A DNA stretch of 60,333 nucleotides, filler included. It is 9 parts of 9 records of this genome, joined end to end, with 100 filler letters (N's around TTAATTAATTAA, not from the genome) between each part and the next. Parts side by side here need not be neighbours in the genome. Positions count along the whole stretch, not along the records: positions 27,598 to 34,177 come from SRR31147125_68266; positions 34,278 to 40,421 come from SRR31147125_68312; positions 40,522 to 46,297 come from SRR31147125_68424; 6 more parts are not named here. One strand, written 5' to 3'. Below are positions 31,710-41,070 of the stretch, one piece after another (positions within the stretch are counted from its first letter, which is position 1; every line of letters starts with the position of its first letter). A model generated the notes under the pieces. That model saw nothing but the letters and a program-made list of their open reading frames with translations, was not told the origin of the DNA and did not search any database. The position numbers and the translations under genes are program-made.

Positions 31710-33005
31710 CAGGAGACTAGAAGAGCAGTAGAAGGTGCCGGCCACACAGGCGGTAAGCAGGCAGGCAAACGTTGCTGCAAAAAGGGCTTTTACCGCCACC
31801 CCGGCAATTTCCGCCGTCCGTTTGGGGGCCAGGGCGGAAAGGCCGCCCACAAAAATTGCCATGGAAGCCACATGGGCAAAGCCGCACAGGGCATAGGCTG
31901 TGACAACCGCAGACCTGTCGTGGATCAGGCTCTTGGAGGCAAGGGCCGCGGCCAGATCCTGATAGGAGGCCACCTCAGTGAGGATGATTCGCTCCCCAAT
32001 GATCCCGGAGATGACACCGGCATCCTCCACAGGCACACCAATAATCAGGGTCAAAGGATAAAACAAGATCCCCAGAATCTGCTTCAGGGACCAGTTCAAC
32101 TCCAGACCCGTCCACTGCCCCAGCATGTTGCCGGCACCGCCAAGAAGCATATCTGCCAGGGCCACCAGGCCCAGGACTGCAATGAGCAGGGCCACGATAT
32201 TCAGGGCCACCTTCAAGCCGGAGGTCGCCCCGTTGATGATGGCCTCAAACAGATTGGCATCCCGCTCATATTCTACGGCCACACACTGCCCCAGGGTTTC
32301 AGGCCGGCCGGTTTCAGGGAAGAATATTTTGGCCATTATCAGGGCGGCCGGAGCGGAGAGAAAGGAGGCCGAGATCAGGTGACCTGCAATGGTGGAAAAT
32401 GTGGAGTGAAGGGTAAAGACATACAGGGCCAGGACATTGGATGCCACCGTGGCCATGCCGGCCGTCAAAATGGTGCACAGTTCAGAGGGCGTCATCTTCT
32501 GGATATGGGGCCGGATGGTAAAGGCAGATTCAATGCCCACAAAGATATTGGAGGCGGCGCACAGGGATTCCGCCCCTGAAATCCGCATCAACTTTGTAAA
32601 GGCCCGGGCAAATAAGCGGATCAGAAAGGGAAGGATGCCGTAATAGTATAGAATGGCCACCAGGGCTGAGAAAAACAAAATGGTGGGGATGGCTTGAAAG
32701 GCAAAAATAAAACCGATGGAGCCCTGGGTTCCCGGCGGCAGGGCCAGGGGCCCAAAGGCAAACTCCGCCCCTTTGGCAGAGGCGGCCAGGAGTTGGACCG
32801 CAAGGTCATTTACCCCTTTGAAAAGGGAGACCCCTGCCGGGACCACAAAGATAAACAGGGCAAACACAAGCTGCATTCCAAGGCCCCAGAGTACCAGGTG
32901 CCAATTGGGAGCATAGGGCTGACGGAACAAGAAACGGGAAAGGATCCACGCCAGGGCAATAAGCACAAAAATTCCTAAAAAGCTGACCAGGTTATAGGCT
33001 TCCAA
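31698..33005 (-). CDS. CNT/NupC Na+/H+-nucleoside cotransporter
   Basis: SGAESLCAASNIFVG, GMATVAS, SFLSAPAA, YALCGFAH. Confidence 0.93.
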   Translation of the reverse strand: MEAYNLVSFLGIFVLIALAWILSRFLFRQPYAPNWHLVLWGLGMQLVFALFIFVVPAGVSLFKGVNDLAVQLLAASAKGAEFAFGPLALPPGTQGSIGFIFAFQAIPTILFFSALVAILYYYGILPFLIRLFARAFTKLMRISGAESLCAASNIFVGIESAFTIRPHIQKMTPSELCTILTAGMATVASNVLALYVFTLHSTFSTIAGHLISASFLSAPAALIMAKIFFPETGRPETLGQCVAVEYERDANLFEAIINGATSGLKVALNIVALLIAVLGLVALADMLLGGAGNMLGQWTGLELNWSLKQILGILFYPLTLIIGVPVEDAGVISGIIGERIILTEVASYQDLAAALASKSLIHDRSAVVTAYALCGFAHVASMAIFVGGLSALAPKRTAEIAGVAVKALFAATFACLLTACVAGTFYCSSSLLLGN

Positions 33006-33040
33006 TTAATTCTTCCTATTGCGGTGTTAAAATTGCGGGG

Positions 33041-34077
33041 TTAAAAATTGCCCCAGGGACGGACAATAATATCCATGCCCTGGCTGGCGATGAACTGTAT
33101 TTTTGCGGCATTGGCAGCAGCGCGGGTGTCAAAGCCACCGGTGCGAACCAGGTACCAATGGATGCCGCTGGGTCGGGTCAACTCCAGGATCCGAACCCCA
33201 TAGCCCCGATCCTTGAGTTTTTGTTCCATGTCCAGGGCATTTTTTTTCAATCGATAGGCACCGGCCTGAAGCTCGTATACATAAGCGTTGCCCGCCGGAA
33301 CGGCCTGGGGCTTGGCCAAAGGAGGGGGTTTTACCGCTGCCGGTTGTTTTTCAGGGGCAGGTACCGGGGCATTGCCCCCAGGGTCTACCTGATTTTCAGC
33401 AATGGCTTTTTCAACAATTTTTGAAGAAGATCCGTTTTCCGGGGCAGGGGCGGCCAAAGGCAGGGAAGCCAGTTGCTCTTTGGCGTAATCAAGGTCCGGA
33501 TCAATCTGGACGGCCCTTTCATAGGCCTCCCCGGCCAAAGAATTTTTCCCCATCTTAACCAACAAATCCCCCCTGAGGCAGTGGGCCAGATAAAAATCCG
33601 GTGACAGGGCAATGGCCCGGTTCACATCTTCAAGACCCGGGGTCAGTTCGTTGAGCTCCGTCCGGCAGATGGCCCGATTGAAAAAGGCATAATAATTGTC
33701 CGGCGTCAGCTCAATCTCTTTGTTATAATTTTCAATGGCCTTTGTGTACTCACCTTTGTAGTACCAGGCCACACCCAGATTTGAATACAGGCCCTTCATA
33801 TTCGGCAAAAGCTTTCGGGTCTGTTCAAAATCCTGAATGGCCAGGTCATACTCACCCAATTTCATGTATGCCACGCCTCTGTTTTTATAGGCATCGGGAT
33901 TCTCAGGGGCCATGCCGATGAGCTGGGTAAATTCATCCACTGCGGCCTGGAACTGGTTATTTTTCAAACGGCCAACGCCGCGGTCAAACAATTCCTTTTG
34001 GGTTTCTGCCCAGCCCGCCGTCCAGATAAGGCAGAAAAAAGAATCCAGGACAGGGCGATAAGGGTCAACTTTTTCAA
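33041..34077 (-). CDS. Exported TPR plus SPOR-domain protein (signal peptide frameshifted at T-run ~34038)
   Basis: Several TPRs, C-terminal LQAGAY...WYLVRTG SPOR; AAGGAG SD and TTG 34077 give MKKLTLIALSWILF(F)CLIWTAGWA. Confidence 0.85.
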
Positions 34078-34177
34078 ATAACACTCCTTATTTTGGAAAA
34101 ATGAGCAACTCGCTTCTGAATCGATTATTTTAGTCAATCCCATGGGTAAAGACAAGACATTTGTATACTGAAAAAAA

Positions 34178-34277
34178 NNNNNNNNNNNNNNNNNNNNNNN
34201 NNNNNNNNNNNNNNNNNNNNNTTAATTAATTAANNNNNNNNNNNNNNNNNNNNNNNNNNNNNNNNNNNNNNNNNNNN
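34178..34277. other. Artificial contig linker
   Basis: N-run, TTAATTAATTAA, N-run. Confidence 0.99.
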
Positions 34278-35083
34278 GAGTTTTCACCGCCGCCGCGGAC
34301 AACAAGCCGACCGTCAACGTTTACATTGTCAAGCGTTGCCTCTCCATCGCCAACACCATCGCCAATAATCAGGTCACCTGTCACGGTGACATTCGAGAGC
34401 GTTACACCGGGTACATTTATCATTATATTACCCTCGGTCACCTTTTCATAAGTACCCGAAGTGCTGATATACTGCTGGATAATGTTATACATGATCTGCG
34501 CAAACTGCGCTCTTGTTATGTTTTCTCCGGGAAGTAAATAACCGCCAGAGCCATTTATGTAACCGGCATTAATGAGCGCATACACCTCGCCTTGGGCCCA
34601 TGTGGATACACTGCCTGTATCATAAAACGACTTATGAACAGTCTCGGCCGAACCAAGTTTCAGCGCCCGACTGAGGATAACAAATACCTGTTCACGTGTA
34701 ATAGGGTCATCAGGACTCATCAGCCCGTCATTTCCTTTAATGACACCCATATGGTATGCTTTCGCCATATTGTCATAATACCAGTCGGTGAATTTCACAT
34801 CGTTGTAGCCCGCCAGGTTTCCCGGCACTGTTGCGCCGAAAGCTCTGACAATAATCGTCGCCATCTGCGCTCTTGTTAGCGTATCTTCCGGTAAAATCTT
34901 ACCGTCATAACCGGTTAGCAGCCCGTTGTCTGCAGCGAATTCCAGAGCAACCGTCGACCAATCATCCGGCATGTCCGAAAACTTTTTGGCATCTGCTTTT
35001 TCTGCCAACGCCGAAAACGGGAATACTGAAAAAACAAATACCAAAATAAGTACTACTGCCATAATTTTTTTCAAAGCTCTCAA
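34278..35083 (-). CDS. S-layer homology (3xSLH) surface protein, 3' truncated
   Basis: Signal peptide; TRAQ, TREQ, TRAQ SLH motifs; AAGGAGGT SD before TTG. Confidence 0.9.
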
Positions 35084-35349
35084 AATCTTTACCTCCTTAG
35101 AATACACCTAACACTTATTATTTCGACATTTAGAAGTAAATGGTTTAGTGTTTTTTAGGTTTTTTTAAAGATCCAAGCTTTAATTCGCTGATACCGGAAT
35201 GCTTTACTGCATGAAACAAAGCGCCTAAAAAAGCCGGGACTGCAACAACTGCAACCCGGCTTCATAATAATGCGTTTTATGCAACATATGCATGCTGGGG
35301 CAATAAATGGATCGACTGCACCGAAGCAGCAAAACCATCACTAGCAAGG

Positions 35350-35377
35350 GAGACAGGCGCCTTTTAGCGCCTGTCTC
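35350..35377 (-). terminator. Hairpin terminator after the GRE gene
   Basis: GAGACAGGCGC/GCGCCTGTCTC 11-bp stem. Confidence 0.65.
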
Positions 35378-35399
35378 TTAAGCATAATTGCTTTATTAT

Positions 35400-37817
35400 T
35401 TATCGTATCAGCTGTTCCGTCCGGCTGATCAGATCATCCTGCAGCGAGCTGTCGAGCTCGACAAAGTAGGCTGAGAAACCGGCGATGCGGATGACAAGAT
35501 TTTGATGCTTATCCGGATCGGACTGCGCCTCGCGCAGCGTCTCTCCGCCGACGACGTTGTACTGGAGATGCATGCCGCCCAAATCAAAATACGTCTCTAC
35601 GAGCTGCCGCAGCTTCAAGCTTCCCTCTTCCCCTGCTACTGTTGCAGGGTGAAACTTCATATTCAAAAGCGTCCCGTTACGAAACGTTGCGTGATTGATG
35701 GACGACACGGACTTTAAAACGGCTGCCGGCCCGTTTTTATCGAGCCCCTGTTTCGGTGAAACACCTTCGGCGAGGGCTTCCTGCGCTTTACGTCCGTCGG
35801 GCGTCGCCCACGTGCGTTTGCCGTTAATGACATGCGTCGATACGGGATAAATGCCGACCTGCCAATTGTTGCCCCGGTCGCTCGTGCCTTTAAGGAACTC
35901 CGCAGCGAATATCTCCATCGAGTCCCGGGCGATCTCGTCCACATACGGAATGTCGTTACCGTATCGCGGCACGTCGTTTAATATTCTTTGCCGGAGCGAC
36001 TCATAGCCCTCCCAGTCGGCCATGAGCGCGTCATACAGCTCGCGCGCCGTCACAAGCTTTTTGTCAAACACGGCGTACTTGATAACAGCTAGGCTGTCGA
36101 CGACGTTGGCGCAGCCGACGCCGGACGAGCCGTTGGCGTTATACTTGGCCCCGCCGTACATGACGTCCTTGCCGGATTCCATGCACCCATCCATCGTTGC
36201 CGAGGCGGCGATCAGCGGCATCTTGTCACGCATGACGAGCCAAAACAGGTTCGACATGGAGATGTGCCAGTTGACATAATGCTCGACGTGCTTCTTATAC
36301 GCCGTCATCACCTCGTCAAAGCTCTTGTAATCGTACAGATAACCCGTCCCGAAGCCGGAATCCTCGCCTGTCAGCTGGTTTTTACCGTTGTTGATGAGCA
36401 TGGTAATAATGTTGCCCATGTTCAGATACGTCGCGCGGCCTAAGCCGCCGCAGGCCGGAAAGTCATTGCCGGCGCCGGCCGGCTCGACGCAGCCGATAAT
36501 GCAGTAATCACGCGCGTCCTCGATGGTAAAGCCGCGCTCCAAAAGCGTCGGGATAATAATGTCGTCGTTTTGAAGCGTGGGGATACCGCCCACCTGCTTC
36601 GTGCAGGCAATGGCCGCCTCCCATAGTTCCGCCGGCGTGTCTTTATGGATACGAAGCGACAGCGGCGGCTCGTGCAGATGCAGACGGCCCATGGCCTGCA
36701 GCATCAGGTACGACACATCGTTCGTAGCGTCGTTGCCGTCGCGGTCCACGCCGCCGAGTGACATATGCTGGCCCGACGTGTAACCGCCGGAGTTTACAGC
36801 CGCCGCCGTTGTCTTCAGGACAACCGCTTCGGAGATCTTCAAAAAGAAGCAGTCAATGATCTCCTGCGCACGTTCCAGCGTCGTCGTGCCCGCCTCCAGC
36901 TCCTTTTTTAAAAGCGGATACGTATACTGATCAAACCGGCCGAGCGTCAGGCCGTGCATCTGGCCGTCAAAGCACAGCGTCAGATGGTAGATGAGCGTGG
37001 CCTGTACCGCCTCGTAAAACGTACGGGCAGGATATTCGATGATATGGTCGAGCGAGTCGGCCATCATTTTCAGCTCGGCCTTTCGCTCATCTGAAAACTT
37101 GTCAAGCACCGACAGGCGACGGCACTCGGCGGCGTAGCGTTTGCTTAAAAGCATCACGGCGTCGCAATAGATGACGACAGCCCTGTAAAATAGGTGCTTT
37201 TCGGCGTCACCCTGGAACATGTGCCCATTCATCTCGCGCAGTTTTTCCTGCGCCTCGGCTTTAATAGCGGCAAAACCCTTATGTACGGCTTTCGAATAAT
37301 TGGCGGAGAAATGGCCGATGGGATTTCCACCCGTACCGGTCCGGTTAAACGGCAGGATTTTAGCCGACTCAACAGGATAAAATTCTTCAGGTATAACCGT
37401 GTCGCAAAGCGCTCCAAGACACCGGTCATTCCAGTATTCCTCAATGGAACACATGTACGCGGCGTCTTCATCGGATATCTCGTTGTATTCCTCATACGCC
37501 CGGCGGTTGTAAAATTGGCCGCTTTTAAGCTCCTCAACCATCCACTTAACCCCGCCGTACTCAGGATTTGTCGTTGAGCCGCGGAATGTGGGCGCCTGAT
37601 TGCCGACAATAAGGTCGTTGTCGCCAACGACGAGCGTCATCTGCTCGCAGATGGCATACATGCATTTGGCCCGCTTGAGAATCGGATGCTCCGTCTCGTG
37701 GGCTTTATAAAACTCCGTAATGATCCGTGGGCGTTCGCTTGAAAAGCGCGGCGTTGTCTGCCTGTATTGATCACGTATACGCAAAACACGCGCGTTCACT
37801 GGTGAAAATGTAAACAT
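35400..37817 (-). CDS. Glycyl radical enzyme (PFL2/eliminase-like, substrate unknown)
   Basis: Single-Cys loop IIGCVEP, C-terminal RIAGFSAYF glycyl motif, GRFDQY; AAAGGAG SD. Confidence 0.93.
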   Translation of the reverse strand: MFTFSPVNARVLRIRDQYRQTTPRFSSERPRIITEFYKAHETEHPILKRAKCMYAICEQMTLVVGDNDLIVGNQAPTFRGSTTNPEYGGVKWMVEELKSGQFYNRRAYEEYNEISDEDAAYMCSIEEYWNDRCLGALCDTVIPEEFYPVESAKILPFNRTGTGGNPIGHFSANYSKAVHKGFAAIKAEAQEKLREMNGHMFQGDAEKHLFYRAVVIYCDAVMLLSKRYAAECRRLSVLDKFSDERKAELKMMADSLDHIIEYPARTFYEAVQATLIYHLTLCFDGQMHGLTLGRFDQYTYPLLKKELEAGTTTLERAQEIIDCFFLKISEAVVLKTTAAAVNSGGYTSGQHMSLGGVDRDGNDATNDVSYLMLQAMGRLHLHEPPLSLRIHKDTPAELWEAAIACTKQVGGIPTLQNDDIIIPTLLERGFTIEDARDYCIIGCVEPAGAGNDFPACGGLGRATYLNMGNIITMLINNGKNQLTGEDSGFGTGYLYDYKSFDEVMTAYKKHVEHYVNWHISMSNLFWLVMRDKMPLIAASATMDGCMESGKDVMYGGAKYNANGSSGVGCANVVDSLAVIKYAVFDKKLVTARELYDALMADWEGYESLRQRILNDVPRYGNDIPYVDEIARDSMEIFAAEFLKGTSDRGNNWQVGIYPVSTHVINGKRTWATPDGRKAQEALAEGVSPKQGLDKNGPAAVLKSVSSINHATFRNGTLLNMKFHPATVAGEEGSLKLRQLVETYFDLGGMHLQYNVVGGETLREAQSDPDKHQNLVIRIAGFSAYFVELDSSLQDDLISRTEQLIR

Positions 37818-37855
37818 AGGCTCTCCTTTTCCGAGCATCTTAACTATTGTATTCT

Positions 37856-37884
37856 ATTATAGATAATTCAGATCCGTAAATCAA
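37856..37884 (-). promoter_or_regulatory. Sigma70 promoter of the GRE gene
   Basis: TTGATT-17 bp-TATAAT. Confidence 0.65.
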
Positions 37885-37896
37885 TCGCATGGGAGG

Positions 37897-37941
37897 CTGA
37901 AAAAACGAATACCCGCAGCCACGGGTATTCGTTTTTTTCAG
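37897..37941. terminator. Bidirectional intrinsic terminator after the MBL gene
   Basis: CTGAAAAAACGAATACCCG...CGGGTATTCGTTTTTTTCAG. Confidence 0.85.
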
Positions 37942-37958
37942 TCTGCTATAAGCAAAGG

Positions 37959-38699
37959 TTATCGGCGGCTTGTATCAGCGCTGTCGAATGTATGCACTGC
38001 CTTTTTCTTAAATACTTTTTCAGCTGTTTCCGCAAATTCACGGCGATGGATTGGCTGACCGTGGGCGGGGCAAAACCATTGAGCCGGCGTTTCAAGTAGC
38101 CGCATCCATGATTTCTTCAGTAAAGAGACATCGTCGGCAAAGGGTGGAAATTTACTGCCGGGCATATTGACGGCGCAGTCTCCGATGAGGGCGACCCGGC
38201 CGTCAATGATAAACGAAACGCTGTCATCCGTATGGCCGGGCGTCTTGATCAGCTCCGCGAGCTGGCCCAGATACAAGCCGGCTGTTTCGCGTGTATAGGG
38301 CTGCACATCCGGGCACGGCTCAAACGATTCAATTTTCAAAAAGGGTAGCGCATGCTCTAAAAAGATAATGAGTTTTCCCAACGGGCGCGTCCCCTTCGGC
38401 AATACGCACCGGCCTTCTCTCACAGAGGGCACGCCGCTTTCGTCAATGAAAACAGGGCAGCCGAATAGGTCCCCAAAATACTGCGCGTTGGCCGTATGGT
38501 CTGAATGGCTGTGGGTGAGAAAGATCGCATCCAGCTTTTCGACGCCGGCCTCACGCAGGCTTTTTACAAGTTTGGCGCGCTCGGCGGGTACGCTCGTATC
38601 TATCAGGACATGTTTTCCCGCACGTGAAATGATATAGCAGGCGCAACGGCGGGTTTTCGTCCGGATAACACGGTAACCATTATGATCGTCAATCAGCAA
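37959..38699 (-). CDS. MBL-fold metallo-hydrolase
   Basis: THSHSDH, TPGHT, GD, PAHG motifs. Confidence 0.9.
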   Translation of the reverse strand: MLIDDHNGYRVIRTKTRRCACYIISRAGKHVLIDTSVPAERAKLVKSLREAGVEKLDAIFLTHSHSDHTANAQYFGDLFGCPVFIDESGVPSVREGRCVLPKGTRPLGKLIIFLEHALPFLKIESFEPCPDVQPYTRETAGLYLGQLAELIKTPGHTDDSVSFIIDGRVALIGDCAVNMPGSKFPPFADDVSLLKKSWMRLLETPAQWFCPAHGQPIHRREFAETAEKVFKKKAVHTFDSADTSRR

Positions 38700-38742
38700 T
38701 CTGAATCCCTCCAAACAGAGTATCACTTACATACTGCCATAC

Positions 38743-39615
38743 TTACAGCTCAATTCCCAGCACGTTCTTGACGATGATGCCGACGACGAAGGATATGGCC
38801 GCCACACCCAGGCTGATACCGGCCATCGTCAAAAAGCTTCGCCGGAATGCGCGTTCCTTGGCCACGGCCAGATAATAATTAAACGCGGCAATAATCGCCA
38901 CCGCGATGAGCAGCGTCGTCCCCAACGCGTAAAAGAAGCTGCCCGCCGGGAACAGCAGATACGGGATGATTAAGAGCGCCACGGTAATAAGATACGCAAG
39001 CCCTGTGTAAATGCTGGACTTGACCGCGTTTTTCTCCGCTTCCTCACGGGAGGATAAGTAACCCGATGCCGTCATGGACAGTGTGGCGGAAATCCCGGTT
39101 ATGAGGCCAGCCATCGCTACGATTTTCGTATTCTGCATCGCGAGCGTGTATCCGGCCAGCGCGCCGGTAAGCTCCACGAGCGCGTCGTTCATGCCCAGCA
39201 CCATGTCGCCGGCGTAACGCAGCCGCTCCTCGTCAAGCATGTCTGTGAGCATCTTTTCATGGGTTTCCTCATCATCCATGACCTGTTTAAGCTCCGGGAC
39301 GCGGACAATCTCTTCGCGATAGGCCGCGATATCCTTGTCCTCAGCGCGCTCAAGCTGCTTGATGATAAACGTATACCCGAGAAGCCGCTTAGCAAAAACG
39401 TGCAGTGCCACCCACAGCCGATTGGGCTTAATATCGTGGCCTGTACGCTGCTTGAACATATCGGCATGTCGCTTTTCGTCACGTGAGATGGACAGCAATA
39501 TCTCCCGTTCCTGCTCGTTTTTGGTCGTATAAGCGATTCTTTCGTATAAGGCCGAGCTGTTGAGTTCGGCTTTCTGATGACGTTTAAAAAAATCAACGGC
39601 CGTACTGTTTGTCAT
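38743..39615 (-). CDS. Rubrerythrin-like plus VIT1/CCC1 membrane protein (iron exporter-like)
   Basis: ExxH pairs (DEKRH, DEETHE), VLGMNDALVE; own promoter TTGTAA-17-TATAAT at 39658-39686. Confidence 0.9.
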   Translation of the reverse strand: MTNSTAVDFFKRHQKAELNSSALYERIAYTTKNEQEREILLSISRDEKRHADMFKQRTGHDIKPNRLWVALHVFAKRLLGYTFIIKQLERAEDKDIAAYREEIVRVPELKQVMDDEETHEKMLTDMLDEERLRYAGDMVLGMNDALVELTGALAGYTLAMQNTKIVAMAGLITGISATLSMTASGYLSSREEAEKNAVKSSIYTGLAYLITVALLIIPYLLFPAGSFFYALGTTLLIAVAIIAAFNYYLAVAKERAFRRSFLTMAGISLGVAAISFVVGIIVKNVLGIEL

Positions 39616-39715
39616 GTCTTCACCCCTCTTGCAGCTGCTAAAATCTGTTTTTATTTTATTATATAGATGCAGGCAAAGCATTACAAGGCCATATCGTCCG
39701 CTACTATAATTAATA

Positions 39716-39841
39716 TTTATTAAAAGCGAAAATGTCGATATCTGAATATCTCCCGGTTCTGTTACCACGAAAATCGTAAAACTGTAACCGTACCGTTTGC
39801 TGCAGAGACTTCAAATTAACTAGACATTTTCGCTTAATAAA
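39716..39841. repeat. 126-bp inverted-repeat hairpin element (sRNA, MITE or long terminator)
   Basis: AAGCGAAAATGTC (39724-39736) / GACATTTTCGCTT (39823-39835) with nested inner helices. Confidence 0.55.
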
Positions 39842-39870
39842 GACTGCGTGTTGGAAAACAAATTCAGCGC

Positions 39871-40421
39871 TTATACTTTCTTTGCTTGCTCCCGAATAAC
39901 CGTGTGACTTGCTGTGACCTTGTTGACAATAATTGCAATGATCGCAAAAACAACCGTGGCGATGAGCCCGATAATAAACGGCGGTCTTCCCGTGCTGTAC
40001 TGTCCGAACAGACTAAATAGGATCGGCTGGAAAAATCCGCCGAGACCGAGACCGACATAACACCAGGAAACAGCTTTCGGGGATGCTGTATAGGACGTCA
40101 TGCATACGACTTTCGTCATAGCGGCAGGAACAATCATTCCCATGCCCAAGCCGGTACCTAAAATACCCACCGTGTACAAAACCGTATTCGTTGCTACATA
40201 GCAGATATATAAACCGACCGCAAGCAACGCAAATGAGATGGGAATCAGCGCAAACTTAACCGCCTTGAACAGGGTGCCGTGGAGTATCGCCACGACCGTT
40301 GTCGCAACAACCATCATCGTAAATACACCGCCGACTTGAGCGGGATTGGCAAGACCTTCACCGACCAGAACGATGGCGCCGTTGTTCGGTACTATGTACC
40401 ACATGAGGTAGAAGAGGAAAA
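39871..40421 (-). CDS. MFS transporter, C-terminal half
   Basis: Six hydrophobic helices, GLGMGMIVP; open to contig edge. Confidence 0.75.
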
Positions 40422-40521
40422 NNNNNNNNNNNNNNNNNNNNNNNNNNNNNNNNNNNNNNNNNNNNTTAATTAATTAANNNNNNNNNNNNNNNNNNNNNNN
40501 NNNNNNNNNNNNNNNNNNNNN
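40422..40521. other. Artificial contig linker
   Basis: N-run, TTAATTAATTAA, N-run. Confidence 0.99.
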
Positions 40522-41061
40522 CTTCCCCGTTCCGCTCTCCCCGGTGATCAGGATGTTGGGAGCCAGGTCCTTCACCCGGTCGGCCGTCCGGAGGATCTTC
40601 TCCATACTGCTGCTTCCGGTGACGATATCATGCCGGAGCAGGTTCTCTTCCAGTTCCTTCTTCAGAAGAGAGTTTTCCCTCTTCAGCCGGAAGATCTCAC
40701 TGTTCTTCCGGATGGAATCGAGGATCCTCTCGTTGTCCAGGGGCTTCTGCAGGTAATCGTTGGCACCCTTCCTGATGGCTGTGACCGCCGTGTCCAGATG
40801 GCCGTATCCCGTGACGATCAGGATGACCGCATCGGGGTTCCTCTCCCGGATACTCTCTACCAGATCCAGTCCGGTCTCTTCGTTCTGCAGCCGGATATCC
40901 AGTATGGCCGTATCGAAAATCCCGCGCGAAATCAGATCCTTTGCGGTACTGACGTCCCCCGCCTCCGAAACGGCAAAGCCCCTCCTGGAGAGAAAGACCC
41001 GCAGGCTGTACCTGATCCCCTCCTCATCATCCACCAGCAGCAGTCTGTTCTGATTGTCCGT
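40522..41061 (-). CDS. NtrC-family sigma54 response regulator, 3' truncated; probable ACG start
   Basis: LLLVDDE, ILDIRL, VTGYG, YLQKP receiver; ILITGESGTGK AAA+ start. Confidence 0.9.
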
Positions 41062-41070
41062 AATGCCCTC

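Noticed and set aside
35120-35150. SigD-like promoter CTAAA...GTCGAAAT before the SLH gene
   Set aside because: Spacer about 1 nt longer than consensus and an imperfect -10; too weak to call.
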